A stretch of 64,000 nucleotides of DNA from assembly GCA_938002085.1 (NCBI GenBank), contig CALLAT010000035.1:58949-122948 (forward strand), read 5' to 3'. Below are positions 59,059-64,000 of this stretch, one piece after another. Below the pieces are notes generated by a model. That model ran no database searches and was not told where the DNA came from. It worked only from the letters and a program-made list of their open reading frames with translations. This DNA comes from an uncultured Pseudanabaenaceae cyanobacterium (GTDB taxonomy: Bacteria; Cyanobacteriota; Cyanobacteriia; PCC-9006; JAAUQQ01). The position numbers and the translations under genes are program-made. Every line of letters starts with the position of its first letter. The first letter of the stretch is position 1.

Positions 59059-60036
59059 ATGGGCATCCAAAACGGCTTCGTTGGAACCGTCGGAAACACA
59101 CCGCTCATTCGCCTCGATAGCTTTAGCAACGAAACGGGCTGCGAAATTTTGGGCAAGGCCGAATTCCTTAATCCCGGCGGATCTGTGAAGGACCGTGCAG
59201 CCCTCTCTATCATTGAAGACGCCGAAAAGAAGGGCCTGCTCAAGCCTGGCGGCACTGTGGTAGAAGGCACCGCAGGTAATACCGGCATCGGTCTCGTCCA
59301 CATTTGCAATGCCAAGGGCTACAAATGCATCATCGTCATTCCTGAAACCCAGTCAGCGGAGAAGATTGACCTACTGCGTACCCTGGGAGCAGACGTCCGC
59401 ACCGTTCCCGCTGTGCCCTACGCCAACCCCAATAATTATGTGAAGCTGTCGGGCCGCATTGCCGAGGAGACCGACAACGCCATTTGGGCCAATCAGTTCG
59501 ACAATGTGGCCAATCGCCAGGCCCATTACGCCACGACAGGCCCAGAGATTTGGCAGCAGACTAATGGCAAGGTTGATGGCTGGGTGGCGGCGACTGGCAC
59601 CGGCGGCACCTATGCAGGCACAGCCATGTATTTGAAGGAAGTGAATCCTAAAATCCAATGCGTTGTGGCAGACCCCATGGGCAGTGCTCTGTACTGCCAT
59701 GTCAAAACCGGCAAGCTGGAAAAGGAAGGCAATTCCATTACCGAGGGCATTGGCAATGGCCGGGTCACGGGCAATATGGAGGGCGCTCCGGCGGATGATG
59801 CCATTCGCGTGACGGACCCGGAGGCTGTAGCAGTGGTCTATCAGCTCCTGCGCAAAGATGGCCTATTTATGGGCGGCTCTGTGGGAATCAATGTGGGTGC
59901 AGCGGTGAAACTAGCGAAGCAAATGGGGCCAGGCCACACCATTGTCACAGTGCTCTGCGATAGCGGTGCGCGTTACCAGTCTCGTTTGTTTAATGCTGAC
60001 TGGCTGGCTTCTAAAGGTCTAGAGATGCCGCAGTAA
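59059..60036 (+). CDS. cysK: Cysteine synthase / O-acetylserine sulfhydrylase family (PLP-dependent)
   Basis: NPGGSVKDRAAL (PLP lysine), TAGNTGIGL, GTGGTYAG. Confidence 0.9.
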   Translation: MGIQNGFVGTVGNTPLIRLDSFSNETGCEILGKAEFLNPGGSVKDRAALSIIEDAEKKGLLKPGGTVVEGTAGNTGIGLVHICNAKGYKCIIVIPETQSAEKIDLLRTLGADVRTVPAVPYANPNNYVKLSGRIAEETDNAIWANQFDNVANRQAHYATTGPEIWQQTNGKVDGWVAATGTGGTYAGTAMYLKEVNPKIQCVVADPMGSALYCHVKTGKLEKEGNSITEGIGNGRVTGNMEGAPADDAIRVTDPEAVAVVYQLLRKDGLFMGGSVGINVGAAVKLAKQMGPGHTIVTVLCDSGARYQSRLFNADWLASKGLEMPQ

Positions 60037-60061
60037 GGTACATCACCTATTAATCAGCTCA

Positions 60062-60107
60062 ATCATCAAGGGCCGCAGAATGTGATGCTCTGCGGCCCTT
60101 GATGATT
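60062..60107 (+). terminator. Hairpin after cysK
   Basis: 18-bp stem ATCATCAAGGGCCGCAGA / TCTGCGGCCCTTGATGAT. The U-tract is weak. Confidence 0.65.
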
Positions 60108-60247
60108 GTTGCGAGAAGCGAACCCAGCGATATAAACCGCAACAGAAGTAAATTTTGCGATGGGGACAATTTTCGAAACATGAGGGTTTCGGAGTTCATT
60201 TATCAGCTGGGGCAGCATAGGGCTGAAGCATTAGCTCTTACTGAACG

Positions 60248-60448
60248 ATGAATCCTGATTCTGAATCTTTTGAATCCTTGGGTGGCTCTCCAGCTCTGAT
60301 TCAGCTCCGCATCCGTCGCGCGATCGCCCAGGCCCAAGACACTTGCCAAAGCCAAGGTCCGCAGTCGCGGGCCTGTGAGTTGACTTGGGACCATGCTTTA
60401 ACACTCCAAGTAGACCAGTTTCACCGAGACCAGCGAGGAAAAGATTAA
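60248..60448 (+). CDS. CP12-like small protein, N-terminal-module-only variant (66 aa)
   Basis: CQSQGPQSRAC-ELTWDHALTLQ is C-x9-C followed by a TWD core. There is no C-terminal Cys pair. Confidence 0.45.
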   Translation: MNPDSESFESLGGSPALIQLRIRRAIAQAQDTCQSQGPQSRACELTWDHALTLQVDQFHRDQRGKD

Positions 60449-60790
60449 GACATTAATTCATTCTGTATTTAATAGGTTAGGAACAATTTTAGAAGGTGTG
60501 AAAGCCTGACGGAATAAAGATAAACGGGTATTTATTCAGTCTTACACGATCGCCTTAATTTCAAATTGTCCCTGGTCAATTACAACAATCTAAGAGGTAA
60601 TACAAAGAATGATTTCGCAGAAACTGACTTAAATAGATTTCTCACTTTTTATCCCTAAGATCGGTGCAATAGTGATTGCATTACCGCGACAGCTCTAATA
60701 CAGATCAAATTAGGGGGACTGCGGCAACTAGCTAACGCTATTTATTCTTACTCCTCGCAAAGGAGTTTCTAGACCATCTGGAGATTGACC

Positions 60791-61036
60791 ATGACGACTG
60801 CAATGCGTAATCAAGATACTGCTGGATCTCTGAAAGAGCGTCTAAAGTCGGCGCTTTCCCAAGCTCGGCAAGTCTGTGGATTGGGTTCGGAGTCTTCTGC
60901 GGACTGCAAGATGGCCTGGGAAACAGTGGCAGAGTTAGGAATTGCGACAAGCGCCCAAGAGCAGGAGCAGCCTTTCTTTGCGGCTTACTGCGATGAGAAT
61001 CCTGGCGCCGTGGAATGCAAGGTGTATGACACCTAG
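60791..61036 (+). CDS. cp12: CP12 (Calvin-cycle GAPDH/PRK regulatory protein), canonical N+C form
   Basis: CGLGSESSADC-KMAWETVAEL core and C-terminal YCDENPGAVECKVYDT. ATG 60791 has GGAG 7 nt upstream, while the track ORF begins at TTG 60785. Confidence 0.9.
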   Translation: MTTAMRNQDTAGSLKERLKSALSQARQVCGLGSESSADCKMAWETVAELGIATSAQEQEQPFFAAYCDENPGAVECKVYDT

Positions 61037-61073
61037 GCTCCTTTAAGGTGCAAATTCATTGATTTATTTTTTA

Positions 61074-61108
61074 AGTGCAGGATTGCGATCGCAATCCTGC
61101 ACTTTTTT
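61074..61108 (+). terminator. Rho-independent terminator after cp12
   Basis: Perfect palindrome AGTGCAGGATTGCGATCGCAATCCTGCACT centred on a HIP1 site, followed by TTTTT. Confidence 0.85.
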
Positions 61109-61279
61109 GCTTATCTTCCAAATCATTACTCTATTGGAAGGGTGAATTTAACAGATTCTCTTAAGACTAAAAACAAAAGTAAATCTAGTTATTGGAAAGA
61201 TTTTTGAAATATTAGGATTTAGAGCCTAGCCAGATTCTCCAGCGACGATGGTGCCTGCAATTCACTTACTTCTCCAGGC

Positions 61280-61474
61280 ATGACTTCTTCAACCACTCAT
61301 CAAGCTGGGACTGTCTCCGTGAGCGATCGCCTCACCGAAGCCGTCATGCAAGCAGAAATGCTATGCAATATCGAAGGTGAACAATCTGAAGTCTGCAAGC
61401 TTGCCCAGGCATACGTGGAAGCCTTGCAAAATGAAGCGAGTACACAACATTCCCATTCATCTCCATCAGACTAA
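61280..61474 (+). CDS. CP12-like small protein, N-terminal-module-only variant (64 aa)
   Basis: CNIEGEQSEVC-KLAQAYVEALQNEAS aligns with the CP12 C-x9-C plus AWDxVEELQAEA core, with W replaced. There is no C-terminal Cys pair. Confidence 0.5.
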   Translation: MTSSTTHQAGTVSVSDRLTEAVMQAEMLCNIEGEQSEVCKLAQAYVEALQNEASTQHSHSSPSD

Positions 61475-61640
61475 CTGCAAATCATTAAAGACATAGGTTG
61501 AAAGCTCCTCATCTCCAGCGAGATATTCCGGCCCACTGCCACCGGGGGGAAGAACTTCGTTAGGCTATAGACACAATCCTGACGACTGCACCGTCTAGGA
61601 TCCATCTAGTCCATCCGTTGATTTCCCCCTTAGTCTCAAT

Positions 61641-63317
61641 ATGGTGTCTCGTCCGAGCCTTCCCTTCGTTAGTAGCCGCCAGGCCGAGATCATCGAAATT
61701 GTTGCCCGCAATGGCTGGGGCTACTTTCGCAACCAACTATCTCTCAATCCCAAACCCGAAGAATTCAGCCTGCCCCTCCCCGGCGTCCTGCGGCAAATCC
61801 TGATCGAATTGGGGCCAACCTTCGTCAAGCTCGGGCAACTGCTCAGCACCCGTCCAGACTTGCTGGGACCGGAGTACATTATTGCCCTGGAAACCTTACA
61901 GAGCGATGTACCAGGTCTAGAATGGTCCACCATTGAGGCGATTCTAGAAGAAGAGCTGGGAGAGGAGCTAAGCCAATTTGTGGAGATTGACCCCGTAGCG
62001 ATCGCCGCAGGCTCCCTAGGCCAAGTCCATCGCGGCAGCCTCAAAGATGGCACCGTAATCGCCATCAAAGTCCAACGCCCCGGCATCCGCCGCACCATTG
62101 AGAAAGACCTGAGTGGCCTGAAAGCGATCGCCGAACTCCTCGACAGTGGCAGCAGCATTGGCGGCAGCAGCATTGGCCGGGCCTACGATCTGCCTGGCCT
62201 CGTCGAAGAATTTCGCAATAGCCTCATGGACGAGCTGGACTTTCGCCGCGAAGCTAGCAACACCCAGCAGCTCAGCAAGAACCTGAGCGACAGCAGCATC
62301 TGGAAAGCGGGACAGGTCTGCGTTCCTAAGGTGTATGAGCATCTGTCCACCGAGCGAGTCCTGACCCTGGAATGGATCGAAGGGGTGAAGCTTAACGATG
62401 CCGCGATCGATAAAGCGGGCAAACAAGAGGTTGCAGCCCTGGCCACCCAGGTGATGATGCAACAGATGTTCCTCAACCGCTTCTTCCATGCCGACCCCCA
62501 CCCCGGCAACTTCCTCTATATGGGACAAGACAAGGATGGCCACCACCGCATCGCCCTGCTGGACTGCGGCATGGTCGCCATGTTGGATCCTCGCACCCAG
62601 CGCATCATCACCGATCTGGTCGTGGGCGTGGTCTACGAACAGCCTCGCCAAGTGGCCCAGGCTGTGCGGGAGCTGGGCTTTGCTCGCCTGGAAGTCGATA
62701 TTCGCGCCCTAGAAGCGGAGTTTGATCGTCTGCTGCGTCGCTTCTACACTCGCCCCTTGGAGGCGATTAACCTGACGGACCTGCTGAATGAAGCCCTGCG
62801 GATTCCAAGGGAGAAGCAGATTCAGATGCCGGGGACGGTGGGGTTATTTGTGAAGGCGATCGCCAATGTCGAGGGTATTGCCCGCCAGCTCGACCCCCAG
62901 TTTTCTTTTGTGGAGGTGGCTCGCCCCGTCGTCGAGAAATCGTTACAGCAGCGCGTTCTCAGCACCCAGGGCGGCGCGGAGCTGGCTCGCTCCAGCCTTT
63001 ATCTGTCGCAGTTGGCCCTGGATCTGCCCCAGCGCGTGAATGTGTTGTTGGATAGATTGGAGCGATCGGAGCTGGGGCTCAACTGGCGTTGGAAAGGTCA
63101 AGAGGATTTTGAGAAGGTGGTGCGGCGGGGGCTTAAGCAGTTGTCCCTTGGCATTATCGGCGTGGGTTGTCTTCTGTCGGGTTCCATTTTGATGGCCTCT
63201 TTTCCCACTGAGCTAGGTGCAGTGCCGCCTCGTAGTTTGTTCTTTTGGAGTCAGGGATTGCTAGTCACTGGGGCAGGGGTCAATCTCTGGCTAATTCTTA
63301 AGCTACTGCGGAGCTAA
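61641..63317 (+). CDS. ABC1/UbiB/AarF-family atypical kinase with C-terminal TM segments
   Basis: GPTFVKLGQLLSTRPDL, AAGSLGQVH, VIAIKVQRPGI, FHADPHPGNF. Confidence 0.9.
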   Translation: MVSRPSLPFVSSRQAEIIEIVARNGWGYFRNQLSLNPKPEEFSLPLPGVLRQILIELGPTFVKLGQLLSTRPDLLGPEYIIALETLQSDVPGLEWSTIEAILEEELGEELSQFVEIDPVAIAAGSLGQVHRGSLKDGTVIAIKVQRPGIRRTIEKDLSGLKAIAELLDSGSSIGGSSIGRAYDLPGLVEEFRNSLMDELDFRREASNTQQLSKNLSDSSIWKAGQVCVPKVYEHLSTERVLTLEWIEGVKLNDAAIDKAGKQEVAALATQVMMQQMFLNRFFHADPHPGNFLYMGQDKDGHHRIALLDCGMVAMLDPRTQRIITDLVVGVVYEQPRQVAQAVRELGFARLEVDIRALEAEFDRLLRRFYTRPLEAINLTDLLNEALRIPREKQIQMPGTVGLFVKAIANVEGIARQLDPQFSFVEVARPVVEKSLQQRVLSTQGGAELARSSLYLSQLALDLPQRVNVLLDRLERSELGLNWRWKGQEDFEKVVRRGLKQLSLGIIGVGCLLSGSILMASFPTELGAVPPRSLFFWSQGLLVTGAGVNLWLILKLLRS

Positions 63318-63414
63318 ACAAGGCTCATATCTGCAATAGAGCCATCAAGAAGCTAGTTGCCGGAATTTATAGATAGACAAATGTAGTTATCTGAACAAGC
63401 TGGAGCATTGAGAC

Positions 63415-63831
63415 GTGCGATCGGTTATTAACAGTGACCCAATGAGACTTAAACCTCTGTTTGAAATTCAACTAGGCTTGCTCTACCTTGGAGCAAGCGA
63501 CTGGATATTGCAGACTGCAAAAGCACTCTCAGCTCAAGCTCATAATATTGAACCTGACGTTATTCCAGATGTAGCCTCAGCGGAAGCAGCCCGAGAAGTT
63601 GTCGAATCTATCCTGACATCCGCGTGCTATTGGGCTTCTATTTGTTTTGCCCTATTAATCCTGCCTATTGCTGCGATTCTCTCTAGGCTATTAAAAGCCA
63701 AACGAATTGAATTGCCTGTTCTCCTGCATAGCATCTTTCTTATAGCTGGAGGCAGATTCAATTTTATCGCGATTGTTTACTTAGTCGCTGCCATAACCGA
63801 TTTACCATTCCTTGCATTTGATAGTCATTGA
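63415..63831 (+). CDS. Hypothetical membrane protein in an AT-rich stretch
   Basis: GTG start in the track, with an alternative ATG at 63442. Two or three hydrophobic helices. No family recognised. Confidence 0.4.
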   Translation: MRSVINSDPMRLKPLFEIQLGLLYLGASDWILQTAKALSAQAHNIEPDVIPDVASAEAAREVVESILTSACYWASICFALLILPIAAILSRLLKAKRIELPVLLHSIFLIAGGRFNFIAIVYLVAAITDLPFLAFDSH

Positions 63832-63839
63832 GTAAACTT

Positions 63840-64000
63840 ATGGGAATCGGAGATTACTATTCTGAATCACTGCCGTACTTTGCAGGAGAAGTCGGATTCC
63901 TTGTGAGCATCATCAGCCTGCCAGCAGGAGTTCTAACAGGTCAGTTGGTAAGTAGATTTTTTCAAAGTCCTATTCAGCTCAGGCATAGAGAACGAGACAG
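63840..64000 (+). CDS. Hypothetical protein, 5' partial (runs off the window)
   Basis: ATG 8 nt after the preceding stop codon. MGIGDYYSESLPYFAGEVGFLVSIISLPAGVLTGQLV... is still open at the window end. Confidence 0.3.
   Translation, partial: MGIGDYYSESLPYFAGEVGFLVSIISLPAGVLTGQLVSRFFQSPIQLRHRERD

Noticed and set aside
62016-62651. 211-aa minus-strand ORF inside the ABC1 kinase gene
   Set aside because: It is an antisense shadow. The plus-strand product carries all the ABC1 motifs.

Overview
This window looks like a core chromosomal segment of a cyanobacterium. That is inferred from gene content (pipX-pipY-sepF-proC block, ndhD, an HLIP gene, CP12, a PlmA-like GntR regulator, TGD1/MlaE-like permease) and from very frequent GCGATCGC (HIP1) octamers in both genes and spacers. 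I can support about 50 protein-coding genes, including two ORFs too short for the supplied track: a 47-aa HLIP at 7292..7435 and a 47-aa ORF at 34211..34354. Most are housekeeping or signalling genes: gap, glgP, ndhD, der, ecfT-like, plsY, mlaE-like, cysK, trhO, an ABC1 kinase, a P450, a bacterial dynamin-like protein, a hybrid histidine kinase and an RR-GGDEF-EAL protein. I found no rRNA, tRNA, CRISPR array, transposase, integrase, reverse transcriptase or phage gene, and no recognisable defence or toxin-antitoxin system. The items worth a second look are listed below.
- Three tandem CP12-family ORFs (60248..61474), of which only the middle one is canonical.
- A conserved-looking protein with a roughly 160-aa G/Q/S/Y low-complexity tail resembling eukaryotic FUS-type domains (23254..25053).
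- A tightly spaced minus-strand cluster: pseudokinase-headed hybrid kinase, RR-PAS-GGDEF-EAL, P450 and a lipoprotein (42034..50738).
- A recurring intergenic palindrome, GGACATGGC(A)TGCCATGTCC.
- A candidate structured sRNA with its own promoter-like elements and intrinsic terminator (about 30759..30940).
- AT-rich islets around an NYN-domain gene and at the right end of the window.

All family assignments come from motif recognition by eye and from memory. No database search, RNA folding or statistics were run. GC statements are visual impressions. Start codons are often ambiguous.
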